Shown in pieces: positions 13,220-26,218 of a stretch of DNA of 64,000 bases; positions within the stretch are counted from its first letter, which is position 1; every line of letters begins with the position of its first letter. Location of the stretch: contig OZ024743.1 of the NCBI GenBank assembly GCA_964016885.1, positions 226,796,001 through 226,860,000 of the forward strand. The letters are read 5' to 3'. The DNA is from Eledone cirrhosa (lineage: Eukaryota). The position numbers were made by a program, and so were the translations under genes. The notes under the pieces were generated by a model that was not told the origin of the DNA, searched no databases, and was given only the letters and a program-made list of their open reading frames with translations.

Positions 13220-15622
13220 ATGACCTCACTCAGAATAGGCAGCATAAATGCGCGTGGCTTGGGGTCGTCATGGAAGCAGGGCCACCTGCTCAACGACTTC
13301 AGGTCACTAAACATGGATGTAGTGGCCATCAGCGAGACCAGAATCTCCGAAGCACAGGCTTTCGCACCGATCTTCGGCGGCTACGATGTGTACGCATCTC
13401 CCAGCCGTCCGGGATCGGGGGGAGGAGTTGCTGTGCTTTTTCGGAGAGGTTTGGATCTTGCCATACGGGCCATCTTCCTGGACCCAGAAGGTAAGTTGGT
13501 GGTGCTGGACGTGACCAGCGGAGACGGGCAAGCTTTCAGGTTAGTGGCCGTCTATGCCCCGACAGGAGCAGGGCGGCCTGATTTCTTCCGGCGTCTGGAG
13601 ACCTTTCTTGGAACGTCCCGCTCTTTAGTGTTAGTGGGCGACTGGAACGGGATCTTAGATGCACGCTGGGATTGTGTGGGATTAGTGGATAGGGAAGGAG
13701 GGTGCAAGAGTCTCACCAACCTGCTCAGACGTTTTGAACTGTCTGACAGGTACCGAATGGATTTCCCGAATGTACCAATGTGGACTTGGACAAATCGCAT
13801 AGGGTCATCCAGATCATATCTAGATAGAGTATTTTGTAGGGAAATAGATAGGTCTAGCATAGGCTGTCCACAATTCAAGATAGTCAGCTACACGGACCAC
13901 AAATTCGTGATCTGTGTGCTTGACTTAGATAGGCTTCATAGACGAGGACCCGGCTACTGGAAGTTAAACGCGTCCTTACCAGCGCCCAAGGCCTACAGAG
14001 TCCGGATTAGCGAACTAGTTAAGCGGGCGTTGACGGGGGCCATCGTCAACAACAAGTGGTGGTTTGCTCTGAAAAGAGCAATTAGAATAGAGTCCATTAG
14101 GTTTAGTAAGACTTTAGCAATAGAGAAAAATAGAGCAGAGGGAGAATTAGTTAGAAAATTAGATGAGGCGCTTAGCAAAGGCATCGCGACCGACGTACTT
14201 GCGGCGAAATTGGCCCTTGACCAATTCTTCAATGCAAACCACGAAGGCTGCGTTGTCAGAGCTAGGGTGCGTGCTCTCAGACACGAGGGGACGAAAGCCG
14301 TTCAATGGGCCCGAGTGGCGGAGGCGCGTCGTGGCTACAAAGCCACGATACCGGTCTTTGGTGGACCACGACGGGCGCATGCTACTCGATCCCGGGCAAA
14401 TGTGTGAAGCTTTTCAGCGACACTTCGCTCAACTGTTCGGGGGCAGTGGCGGGCCGGATCGAGGGATGGACTTTAGTGTCTACCTCGACGGACTGCCGCG
14501 GCTTTCGGCCACTGAGGCGGAGTGTTGCGAAAAGCCGATAACAACCGCTGAAGTACGGGAGGCAATGACTAGTTGCACAAGGGGTAAATCGCCTGGTTTG
14601 GATGGTCTGCCCTATGAACTTTACGTACAAATGCCAAACTTGTTCGGAGGCCTCTTGGCGGACGTCTACTGCAACTGGCAACAGAACGTGAGAATTCCCA
14701 GCTCTGTGAGCCGAGGAGCGGTGGCGCTGCTGAGAAAGGATCCGAACAAGGGGGATAACATAGATAATTTTAGGCCCATAACTCTGCTAAACACAGTGTT
14801 CAAGATTTTGGCCAAGGTGCTAGCAAAGAGGTTGGCGCTTGTCGTTGGTGGTCTGGTGGGAGAATCACAGACATGCGCCATTCCCGACAGATCCATCCAC
14901 GACAACCTCCACCTCATGCGATACATCGTAGAGAGGGTAGCTAGGGAACCTGGCACGGGTGGGTCTTTGATCAATTTAGATCAGTCGAAAGCCTTCGATA
15001 GGGTCGACCATCGTTACCTAACGGCAGTCCTGAGGGCGGCTGGCTTTGGGCCCGTCTTCAGAGGCTGGATCGCTGCCATGCACAGCGACATCTGCTCTGT
15101 AGTGAGAGTGAACGGTCACCTTTCGGAACCGTTCAACATCATGCGCTCGGTCCGCAAAGGATGTCCCCTCTCGTCCCTATTGTACGTATTGACTCTCGAG
15201 CCATTACTGCACAAACTGGAGACGTTGAGGGGGGTCCCGCGCGAACTAGGATGCGCAAGATCCGTGTCAGCATATGCCGACGATGTCACCGTAGTGGTGT
15301 CGAACGCCAAACACATCGAGGCGATCGGCACTACACTAAGAGAATACGAAGCGGTGACAGGAGCAATGATCAACCAGGAAAAGTCAGTGGGCTGCAGCTC
15401 GGCACCTGGAGAGGCAGGTCCATGCCGTCCAACAGCGTCGTCGGGCGCTGAACGGACGGACCGGTTAAATTGCTAGGGGTCTGGTTCGGTCCAGACCTCC
15501 AGACGGACAAAAACTGGGACGAGGTGACGAGCAGGGTGGCTTCTCTCACCCAGAAATGGGCCGAGAGGAAGCTATCCCTGAAAGGTCGAGCGGAGGTGGC
15601 GAATGCGTACATCGCATCCGTC
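13220..15622 (+). pseudogene. ORF2 (AP endonuclease + reverse transcriptase), frameshifted and truncated
   Basis: APE motifs SINARGL, ISET, YAP, GDWN, LDR, TDH. RT motifs SPGLDG, RPITLLN, KAFD, GCPLS, YADD. Frameshifts near 14350 and 15390. Confidence 0.92.
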
Positions 15623-16005
15623 CATCATTACCACCACTATCCGGTGATGGGATAGTGGTGGTAATGATGGCCGTAGTGAGCGGTGGCGGTGAAGGTGAAA
15701 ATGGTGTTGTGTCTAGTGTACACAGATGATGGGGTGGGTGGTGTATCTAGTTTCTGGTGTTGGTGAGTTTAGCTGTCCTATATAGTGTAGCCAGAGGAGA
15801 GGAGGGGGGGGGGGGTTCTTCTTCTTCCATTTATAGCCATTTTTTTTTTTGGATATACAGTGTACAATACAAAGTTGAATATTTGAATATTTGAGCCTTA
15901 TAACAATATATTTTGGGTCCGAATTTTTTGGGGCTCAAGCCGGGTGCTTTACGTAGCATTTGTACTAAGAGTTGTTATTTCACAAATGATTTAAATATGT
16001 TAAAA
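15622..16005 (-). mobile_element. Probable 5' UTR/ORF1-start fragment of another Tx1-like subfamily
   Basis: Minus strand reads an AT-rich leader, then poly-A-ATGGCT, then C/A-rich sequence, as at the ORF1 starts of copies A and B. No long ORF. Confidence 0.4.
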
Positions 16006-16035
16006 ATTATTATTATTATTATTATTATTATTATT

Positions 16036-18245
16036 GAATGCCATGGTTGACGGAGGCTCGGCTCTGTAAGGTATTGTAAATGTTAACCAACTTGTAGACA
16101 AAAACACCCTCCTCCTCGTGAGAGGGGTCTTTCTGCCCGTTATTTGACCCTCGGAGTTAAATAACTGCTTATTCGGGTTTTGTGCCCAATATTTATTTTA
16201 AACAAAAAAACAACATGGCTACGAAAAAGAATTTTCATAGGACACTCCCATTCATTCCGTCTTCTTCTTCCTCAATCGTCACTACAGCAGAGAGAAGATT
16301 GTCTCTCTCCCTCCCTTCTTTAAATGTGTCTCTCTCCCTCCCCTCTCTTTCGCAAACGACGAGAGAAAAGAAAAATCTCGTGCAAAGCGTGCAAGATTTC
16401 TCCACGACGACGACAACGACGAAACAGGTGTGCGGGAAATACGAAAACCCATTTCATTCGTCTGACGTCAGGAATAATAGCAGTAGCAGCCGTAATAACA
16501 ACAGTAACAGTGACAAGGAAAACAACAGTAGCAGCCGCAACAGCATCACCAGCAGCATAAACAACAACAGCATTAGCAGCAGCAACAACAACAACAACCA
16601 CAGCAACAGCGGCGCCGGCAGAAGTCGTAGTACCTGCAGCAACAACAAAAGTAACAGCAGCTCTGACGACAACAACAACAACAGCAGCAAAGAAAAACCA
16701 ATCTCGTTTGCAGGTATCGCAAAGAACCTGGAAACCATCCTCATAACAAATGAGGAATTAGAGGAAGCGAAGAAGATGGTGATAAAAACTGGACCCCGAG
16801 CAATCTGCAAGGCAGCGGAAAAATTTTTCGAAATCCAACAGCACTGTACGGTCACGTACCGTACAGTAAGTACAAAATCCCGTAGGGTTGAAAGAGCCAC
16901 AGAGGCTCAAATACAAAAAGCCTTGAGGTCTGTGTGGCAGCGGAAAACGCACATCACCCGAGGCAAGAAATATGCCACCGTAGACGTACTTTTGCCACAC
17001 CCCAGGAGGCAAAGGCTCAATCCTTAGTGACCCTAAGGAGCGAGGAAATGGTGTTGGTGCCCTCCTACTGCGGGCAAAAAATTCTGAGGGTCAAACTGAC
17101 CCACGTCCCACCCGGGATGGCCGTGTCTGTCCTCGTGGGAATCGAGGACAAAACAACTGTACTGCAAGTACAGAAAAAAGTAAGAGAAGATTGTGTCGGC
17201 ACCTCCATTGAGATGTTAATCCAAACCAACCAGGAGTGCATCGAAGCTATCCCGGATGTGATAGACTTCGATAACGGCACTCAATTGCCCATAAGTGTTG
17301 AGGGCAAACGCACGAAATGCTTTCGCTGTGGATCGAAGACTCACCTCAGGGCCTTCTGCAACGAGAAGACCCTGAGAAAGGAGAACACCCCCCTCCTTCC
17401 GAAACCGGCTCTACGGCTACCAGCAACAGGACAAGTGGCAACCAGGAACGATAGGTCCGTGGCACCCATACCCACGCCACGGAAATCAAAAACAGCAGCA
17501 GCAGTGGAAGTATTAACAACAACAACAGCAATACCAAATGCAGCTGCAACAGAGACTCCAGTGCAAACATCACCAACAACAACAAGTGAAAGAGTGGAGC
17601 TGGTACCCCTCCCCGACCTCACAGAATCAGACATGGAGTGTGAGGTGGGAGAGGGATGGCAAAAGGTCGTAAGAAGGCACAAACGCAGAAGCAGCGCATC
17701 GTCACCTTTGAAAAGGGAGGAAAGAAATGAAAAAAGGGTAAAGTCTACTGCAAAGAGACTCACAGCAGCAACACCACCAACACCATCACCACCCACACTA
17801 GCACCACCATCACCACCGGCGACAACCCCACCTCCAACAACACCTTCAACACCACCACCACAAGCACCAACATCGCAAACATAACAACAAAATACACACA
17901 CCCAGCAACAACGACAAGAAAATAGCAGATCCACACCTCACCCCCAGAAAAACAAATGCACGGCAATAAATACACAAAATAAGAAACTAATGACTTACAT
18001 AATTGAACACACAGACATTTCACAACACGACTATATAATACCAGCACCAATCAAAACGCCAACTAACATAAGACTGCTAAAAATAGCACAGAAACAATAC
18101 ACAAACATTAAAACGAAATTCACCCAACGCCGTTGGTGATTTCAGAGACCTAGGAGGGACACTCAACCGAAGAGTATATTCGGACATACTCATAGAAGAG
18201 CCGACGACCAGCCGAAGGGACGATTCAACGGTCCCTTCACCAGAC
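16036..18245 (+). mobile_element. Divergent Tx1-like subfamily, copy B (5' UTR + frameshifted ORF1 only)
   Basis: Follows (ATT)n at 16006-16035. ORFs 16215-17027 and 16934-17884 are homologous to copy A ORF1 (CTVTYRTVSTKSRRVERATEAQIQKAL; LVPSYCGQ; CFRCGSKTHLRAFC). Ends at the position equivalent to the end of ORF1. Confidence 0.85.
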
Positions 18246-20571
18246 CAGTCTCCAGGAACTCCCTCACGGTCTTCGCTTGACCCAGGACTGCAGCTCCGTC
18301 AAGGAAACGAGCTGGGGAAATACGGGTCTAGCAAATGGCCACCACACCTGATCACCGTCGAGGAAGAGGCAGAGATGTCGTAGCCTGAGTGCGTGTCTGC
18401 GCATCATCAACCACGGCATGCCGAGCCCTCCACGTAGCGGGTGTTGACAACAGATGGACCGCGGGACCATCGGAGCGTGTCCCTTCACAAAAAGCGAAAG
18501 AGCAAACGCTCCAGCGCAGTCAGGCGGGGCTTAGGACAAGGTACGACGGTCAGGCGGTAGCAGATGACAGACGGTTTTTCCATCCTTTTCACTGCTTGTG
18601 GCCTCCTCAGGAAGGATGTCCATATAAATCCTCCTGGAGAGTGCTTGTCGGAAGTCTCCGATGTCTTTGGGGAATTTTTGTTTTAGTGTCATGTACGTTT
18701 TCTGTGTAATGCGAGTGATTTGTATGTGTGAAGGTGGTGTGAATTTTTGGGTTGTTGTGTAGTCTTTTTCTGTGATGCTGGTGTTGTGTTGGATGTAGTG
18801 TAATAATTGGTTGTTGTTCAAATTTAATGCTGTGTAGTGTGTATTGTTTTGGTTGTTTTGTTTTGTTTGCGTTTGTTGTGGGTTTGTTTCTGTTTCGCAT
18901 TTTGGTGACTTTTGTGGTGTAGGTGATGGTGGTGTTGGGGTTAATGATGGTGATGGTGTCGGTGTTTGGGGTGATGGGGTTGGTGATGCTGGTGTGGATG
19001 GTGGCATATCTGTCCTAACTTTTTTGTTTGCTAATTTATTTGTTTCCCTCTGTATTTTGTTTTTGGAGGGGGAAGGAAGAGAATTTTTTCTTTTTTGGTT
19101 TCTTTTTTTTTTTCCTGATACCGTTTCCCACTCCTCGTCGTCACAATCTGTCTCCAGTTGTGATAGGATGGGGAGTGGAAAATCCTCCACAGGCGTTAGT
19201 TTTGGTTGTGGCGTGGTGGATGGTGTAGGCGCTGGTGCTAGTTCTAAAGCCTTGGGTGGTGGTGGTTTTGGTTTTGCTGGTGGCGGTGGTGTTGGTTTTG
19301 CTACTGTTGCTCGGGTCGTTGCTGTTATAGTTGCTTCTGTTGTTGCTGCTATAGTTGTTGCTGACATCTCTGCTACTGGTGGTGTTGATGGTTGAGTCAC
19401 TGGGGTGGGTAGGAGAGGTGGCCTCAACCTTTTAGCCTGAGGGCAGAAAGCCGTTAGGTGGGTTCCTTCACCACAAACGACACACCTAGGTCTTCTGCCC
19501 TCGACGATTACGGTGAGGTGGCTGCCGTCAGTGAGGTCTATTACCTCTGGGATCTCTAATTTTTACGAGTCTCTGGCGACAATAGCTTGGGACGAGTGTG
19601 AAGTCGTCACTTCTTAATGGGGCCATGGAGTGTTCTCTAGCCTCCTCTGGTGTTTCAAAGAACACGTCCACGGTTCCATACTTCTGCCCACGTCTGATGT
19701 GGGTTTTTCTTGCCCACACATGTCCCAAAGATTTTTGGATTTGGGACTCGGATGCCCGTTCCACTCGGCGCGATTTTACATTAATTGTTCGATACGACAC
19801 GGTGCATAGGCGCCGATGCTACATTTTATTAGGTGGGGGAGGTGAGGCTGACCCTGTGCCCATCTTTCTTTACCATTTGTTTGGCATTTTCTAATTCCTC
19901 CTGAGTTACCGTAAATTCTTCGCACTGTTTTGCTACTCTGGCAAAACTCAGGGTGGTTTTTTTAATGTAATTGTTGTTGTTGTTGTTATTGTTATTTTTG
20001 TTATTATTAATTTTAGTTTCAGTTGTGGTGGTGGTGACGTCAGTGGTGTTCGGTTTGGAAGAGTCCTTTTTGGTTGAAAACATTTCGAAATCACGAGTTG
20101 ATTTATTTTTTCCTTTTGTTTCTGTTGTCGCGGTGGTGGTGGGGGTGGTGGTTGTCGCGGTGGTGGTGGTGGTGGCGGCTTTAACACCTGCAGTCATTGG
20201 TAATGGCGGGAAATGAATGTCTGCCTGAGACAAATTTAAAATATTGCTACTGATTAAATTGTTGGCGTTGGCAAACGTAGTAATATTTACAATGGTGGTC
20301 GGTGTGAGGTGTTAGTTTATGAGGAAGGCTGTCAGCTTCGTGTGGCTGTGAGACTTCCATTTTTTTTTTCAAAGAAATTTATTTGATAATTATAAATGTT
20401 TAAATTTTGGGCACAATGCCCCAATCTTTTTGGGTGTCCTTTTCGGAAAACAATGTATGTGCGCTTATAAACAGTTAACAATAAAATTTTCCATAAATGG
20501 CAATTTTTAACAAACGGAAATAACAAACATTTGCAGAGCTCACGATGATACGATTTACTACGTAGGTCGCC
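18245..20571 (-). mobile_element. Tx1-clade copy C, inverted and internally deleted
   Basis: Reverse complement of the copy A 5' UTR and ORF1, joined at ~18570 directly to post-RT ORF2 sequence (~2.45 kb missing). 5' end at 20571 abuts (ATT)n on its own strand. Confidence 0.92.
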
Positions 20572-20596
20572 AATAATAATAATAATAATAATAATG

Positions 20597-20847
20597 ATGA
20601 TTTCTTTATTAACCACAAGGGTTTACATAAAGTAGACATTAAGGACAGTACAGGACAATACAGGGCGGTACAAATGGGCATTTCTGCGTGAAAAAATACA
20701 AGAAACAGAGGATGTAATAATAGAACAATGAAAAAAAAAAAAAAATTCCCCAATAGGGGGGAGACTTCCGAGGGACATTCGTGGAGAAAGCCCATTAAAA
20801 AGCCACAGTGACCCTGACCACCAAGGCAAGTGCCCTCTCCCAATTTT
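20597..20847 (-). mobile_element. Tx1-clade 3' UTR fragment (copy E), head-to-tail with copy C
   Basis: Reverse complement of 25945-26179, including AATAAA, followed by (ATT)n and then the copy C 5' end. Confidence 0.9.
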
Positions 20848-20850
20848 ATT

Positions 20851-23800
20851 GGCGACCTACGTAGTAAATCGTATCATCGTGAGCTCCGCAAAGGTTTGTT
20901 ATTTTCAGTTGTTTAAAAGTTCCATTCATGGAAAATTTTTATTGTTAACTTTATATAAGTGCACATACATTGATTTCTGAAAAGGACACTCAAAAATATT
21001 GGGGCCTTGAGCCCAAAATTTAAACTTTTTATAATTATCAAACCAAAATTTTTTTTTTTTAAATTAATGGATGACTCAGAGTCACTCCTTCCTCACAATC
21101 TAACACCTCACACCGACACCACCATTCTAAATATTGCTACGTTTGCCAACACTGGAAATATAAGCAGTAGCAGTATTTTAAATTCGTCTCAGGCACACGT
21201 TCATTTCCCGCCATTACCAATGACTGCAGGTGTTAAAGCCGCCGCCACCACCACCACCGCGACCCCCCCCACCACCACCACAGCGACAACAGAAACATAA
21301 GAAAAAAATAAATTAACTCGTGATATCGAAATGAATACAAACAAAATGAACTCTTCCACACCGAACTCCACTGACGCCACCACCACCACGACTGAAACTA
21401 AAATTAACAATAGCAAAAATAACGATAACAACAGCAACAATGAAATTAAGGAAACTACCCTGAGTTTTGCCAGAGTAGCAAAAACGTGCGAAGCGATCCA
21501 GGTAACTCAGGAGGAATTAGAAGAAGCCAAAGGAATGGTAAAGAAAGATGGGTACTGGGTCAGCATCACCCCCCCCCCCCTCACACACACACGCACCTAA
21601 TAAAATGGAGCAACGTCGCCTATGCACCGTGTCTTATCGGACAATTAACATAAAATCGCGCCGAGTGGAACGGGCATCCGAGTCCCAAATCCAAAATCTT
21701 TGGGACATGTGTGGGCAAAAAAAACCCACATCAGACGTGGGCAGAAGTATGGAACCGTGGACGTGTTCTTTGAAAAACCACAGGAGGCCACAGAACTCTC
21801 CATGGCCCCATTAAGAAGTGACGACTTCACACTCATCCCAAGCTATTGTGGCCAGAGACTTGTGAAGATCAGGGTCACCCACGTTCCACCGGCCATCGAA
21901 ATTCCCTGGCTAATGGCTGCCGTCCTCGCCGGCATCGAGGCCAACACCAAAATAATAGAAATAGCAAAATATAAGCAGGAGAACTCGTCCGGATCTGGGA
22001 TGGAGCTACTGATCCAAGCGGACCATAACAGCATTGAGGAGATCCCAGACGTAATATACCTCACTGACGGCAGCCACCTCACCGTAATCGTCGAGGGAAG
22101 AAGACCTAGGTGTGTCGTTTGTGGTGAAGAAACGCACCTAAGGGCTTTCTGCCCTCAGGCTAAAAGGTTGAGGCCACATCTCTTACCCACCCCAGTGACT
22201 CAACCATCAACACCACCAGCAGCAGAAATGGCAGCAACAACTGTAGCAGCAACAACAGAAGCAACTGTAACAGCAACAACCCCAGCAACAGTAGCAAAAC
22301 CAACACCACCAACACCAACGAGCCAGAACTAGCACCAGCGCCTACACCATCCACCACGCCACAACCAAAACCAAAGCCTGTGGAGGACTGTTCACTCCCC
22401 GGCTTATCGCAACTGGAGACAGATTGTGACGACGAGGAGTGGGAAACGGTATCAGGAAAAAAGAAAAAAGGAAACTAAAAAAGAAAAAATTCTCTTCCTT
22501 CCCCCTCCAAAAACAAAATACACAGGGAAACAAATAAATTATCATACAAGGTAAGTGGTCTTTCCCATCTTTTCCACTCCATTTCAACATGATCTCACTC
22601 AGAATAGGCAGCATAAATGCGCGTGGCTTGGGGTCGTCATGGAAGCAGGCTCACCTGTTCAACGAGCTCAGGTCACTAAACATAGATGTAGTGGCCATCA
22701 GCGAGCCCAGAATCTCCGAAGCACGGGCCTTCGCACCGATCTTCGGCGGCTACGATGTGTACGCATCTCCCAGCCGTCCTGGATCGGGGGGCGGAGTTGC
22801 TGTGCTTTTTCGGAGAGGTTTGGATCTCGCCACACGGGCCATCTTCCTGGACCCAGAGGGTAAGTTGGTGGTGCTGGACGTGACCAGCGGAGACGGGCAA
22901 GCTTTCAGGCTAGTGGCCGTCTATGCCCCGACAGGAGCAGGGCGGCCTGATTTCTTCCGGCGTTAGTAGGCGACTGGAACGGGATCTTAGATGCACGCTG
23001 GGATTGTGTGGGATTAGTGGAGAGGGAGGTGGGTGCAAGAGTCTCACCAACCTGCTCAGGCGTTTTGAACTGTCTGACAGGTACGGATTGGATTTCCCGA
23101 ATGTACCAATGTGGACTTGAACAAATCGCATAGGGTCATCCAGATCATATCTAGATAGAGTATTTTGTAGAGAAATCGATAGGTCTAGCATAGGCTGTCC
23201 ACAATTCAAGATAGTGAGCTACACGGACCACAAATTCGTGATCTGTGTGCTTGACTTAAATAGGCTTTATAGACGAGGACCCGGCTACTGGAAGCTAAAC
23301 GCGTCCTTACCAGCGCGCAAGGCCTACAGAGGCCGGATTAGCGAACTAGTTAAGCGGGCATTGACGAGGGCCATCGTCAACAACAAGTGGTGTTGTGCTC
23401 TGAAAAAAGCGATTAGAATAAAGTCCATTAGGTTAAGTAAGGCTTTAGCAATAGAGAAAAATAGAGCAGAGGGAGAACTAGTTAGAAAATTAGACGAGGC
23501 GCTTAGCAAAGGCATCGCGACCGACGTGCTTGCGGCGAAACTGGCCCTTGATCAATTCTTCAATGCTAAGCACGAAGGCTGCGTTGTCAGAGCTAGGGTG
23601 CGTGCCGTCAGGCACGAGGGGACGAAAGCCGTTCAATGGGCCCGAGTGGCGGAGGCACGTCGTGGCAACAAAGCCACGATCAGGTCTTTGGTGGACCACG
23701 ACGGGCGCATGCTACTCGATCCTGTGCAAATGTGTGAAGATTTTCAGCGACACTTCGCTCATCTGTTCGGCGACAGCACGGGCCGGGTCGAGGGATGAAT

Positions 23801-26179
23801 TTTAGTGTCTACCTCGACGGACTGCCGCGGCTCTCGGTCACTGAGGTGGAGTATTGCGAAAAGCCGATGACAGCCGCTGAAGTACGGGAGGCAATGACTG
23901 GCTGCACAAGGGGTAAATCGCCTGTTTTGGATGGTCTGCCCTATGAACTTTACGTACAAATGCCAGACTTTTTCGGAGGCCTCTTGGCGGACGTCTACTG
24001 CAACTGGCAACAGAACGGGAGAATTCCCAGCTCTGTGAGCCGAGGAGTGGTGGCGCTGCTCAGAAAGGATCCGAACAAGGGGGATAACATAGATAATTTT
24101 AGGCCCATAACTCTGCTAAACACAGAGTTCAAGATTTTGGCCAAGGTGCTAGCGAAGAGGTTGGCGCTTGTCGTTGGTAATCTGGTGGGAGAGGCGCAGA
24201 CATGCGCCATTCCCGACTGATCCATCCACGACAACCTCCACCTCATGCGATACATCGTAGAGAGGGTAGCTACGGAACCTGGCATGGGTGGGTCTTTGAT
24301 AAATTTAGATCAGTCGTAAGCCTTCGATAGGGTCGACCATCGTTACCTAGCGGCAGTCCTGAGGGCGGCTGGTTTTGGGCCCGTCTTCAGAGACTGGATC
24401 GCTGCCATGCACAGCGACATCTGCTCTGTGGTGAGAGTGAACGGTCACCTTTCGGAACCGTTCAACATCATGCGCTCGGTCCGCCAAGGATGTCCCCTTT
24501 CGTCCCTCTTGTACGTATTGACTCTCGAGCCATTACTGCACAATCTGGTGACGTTGAGGGGCGTCCCGCCCGAACTATGATGCGGAAGATTAGTGTCAGC
24601 ATATGTGGACGATGTCAGCGTAGTGGTGTCGAACGCCAAACACATCGAGGCGATCGGCACTACACTAAGAGAATACGAAGCGGTGACAGGAGCAATCATC
24701 AACCAGGAAAAGTCAGTGGACCTGCAGCTCGGCCCCTGGAGAGGCAGGTCCATGCCGTCCAACAGCGTCGTTGGGCGCTGGACGGACGGACCGGTTAAAT
24801 TGCTAGGGGTCTGGTTCGGTCCGGACCTCAATACGGACAAAAATTGGGACGAGGTGAAGAGCAGGGTGGCTTCTCTCACGCAGAAATGGGCCGAGAGGAA
24901 ACTATCCCTGAAAGGTCGAGCGGAGGTGGCTAACGCGTACATTGCGTCTGTCATCTACTACCGCCTGACCATCGTACCTTGTCCTAAGCCCCGCCTGACT
25001 GCGCTGGAGCGTTTGCTCTTTCGCTTTTTGTGGAAGGGACGCGCTCCGATGTTCAGGCGGTCCATCTGCTGTCAACACCCGCTACGTGGAGGGCTGGCAT
25101 GCCGTGGCTGATGATGCGCAGACACGCGCTCAGGCTACGACATCTCCACCTCTTCCTCGACGGTGATCAGGTGTGGTCGCCGTTTGCTAGACCCGTCTTT
25201 CCCCAGCTCGTCTCCTTGACGGAGCTGCAGTCTTGGGTGAAGCGGAGACCGAGAGGTAGCGCTTGGAGATTGGAATGTTTTCAGGCGCACACAGCCCTCG
25301 ACCAATCGTTCTATAGAGGATTAGTGGAGTGGAAGAGCGACGACGTACTTGGAGAAACTCTAGGCGTCGACGAAAATCAACTAGCCAATCTCTTCGGAAG
25401 GACGTTCGGGCCGGGGCCTATGGACAACTTCCAGAAATCCCTGGCCTGGCAGTGCTACCGGGGAGCTTTGCCAGTCGGGATAAACTCTACAGGCATGGAT
25501 GTGCCGTCAGCCGGGCATGTCCGAGATGCGCGCAGGGCGACGAAACCGTCCTGCACGCACTCGTCCAGTGTCCGAGCATTGCTGACTTGTGGGTTTATGT
25601 CAAACTCCTGCTGTCACGTGTAGGACGGATCCAGCTATCAGCTGAGTCCATCGTGAGGATTTCCCCGCCCTCTTCCTTTACCCGGGAAGGGCAGGCAGTT
25701 TTTATATGTCTGGTGGCAATGGCGAAAGAGATAGTATGGTGGACACGTTTGAAAGGGATGAAGACGAGCACTTACCTCTTCGGTGATGCCCTGATTAACT
25801 TTTTCAAATTTCATTTGAAAAGGAAAATCAGGGTAGAGAGGGAAGTGCTCTCTTCCCAGCATTTTGTTGAATGATGGGTGAGAGAAGCAAGTATGGCCCG
25901 AGTGAATGGGCCTACTCTGAGTATGTGTCTGTAAATTAAAGGTGGAAAACTGGGAGAAGGCACTTGCCCTGGTGGTCAGGGTCACTGTGGTCTTTTAATG
26001 GGCTTTCTCCACAAATGTCCCTCGGAAATCTCCCCCCTATTGGGGAATCTTTCTTTGTTATTTTATTACATCCTCTGTTTTGTTTTACGCGCAGAAATGC
26101 CCATTTGTACCGTCCTGTATTGTCCTGTACTGTCCTTAATGTCTACTTTATGTAAACCCTTGTGGTTAATAAAGAAATC
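20851..26179 (+). mobile_element. Tx1-clade copy D, both ends present, degenerate
   Basis: Same GGCGACCTACG 5' end preceded by ATT. Broken ORF1 and ORF2, with C-terminal CPRCAQGDETVLHALVQC zinc motif. 3' UTR ends AATAAAGAAATC + (ATT)n. Confidence 0.93.
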
Positions 26180-26218
26180 ATTATTGTTATTATTATTATT
26201 ATTATTGTTATTGTTATT

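Larger units (their letters stand above)
10983..15622 (+). mobile_element. Tx1/L1-clade non-LTR retrotransposon, copy A (5' intact, 3' truncated)
   Basis: Starts GGCGACCTACG right after (ATT)n at 10954-10982. ORF1 with a CCHC knuckle, then ORF2 with APE and RT. Highly similar to the copies at 18245-20571 and 20851-26179. Confidence 0.93.

Noticed and set aside
16100-16185. CTCCTCGT motif in the copy B leader as an HDV-like ribozyme
   Set aside because: Could not build P1, P1.1 (GG) and P2; it folds as simple hairpins.
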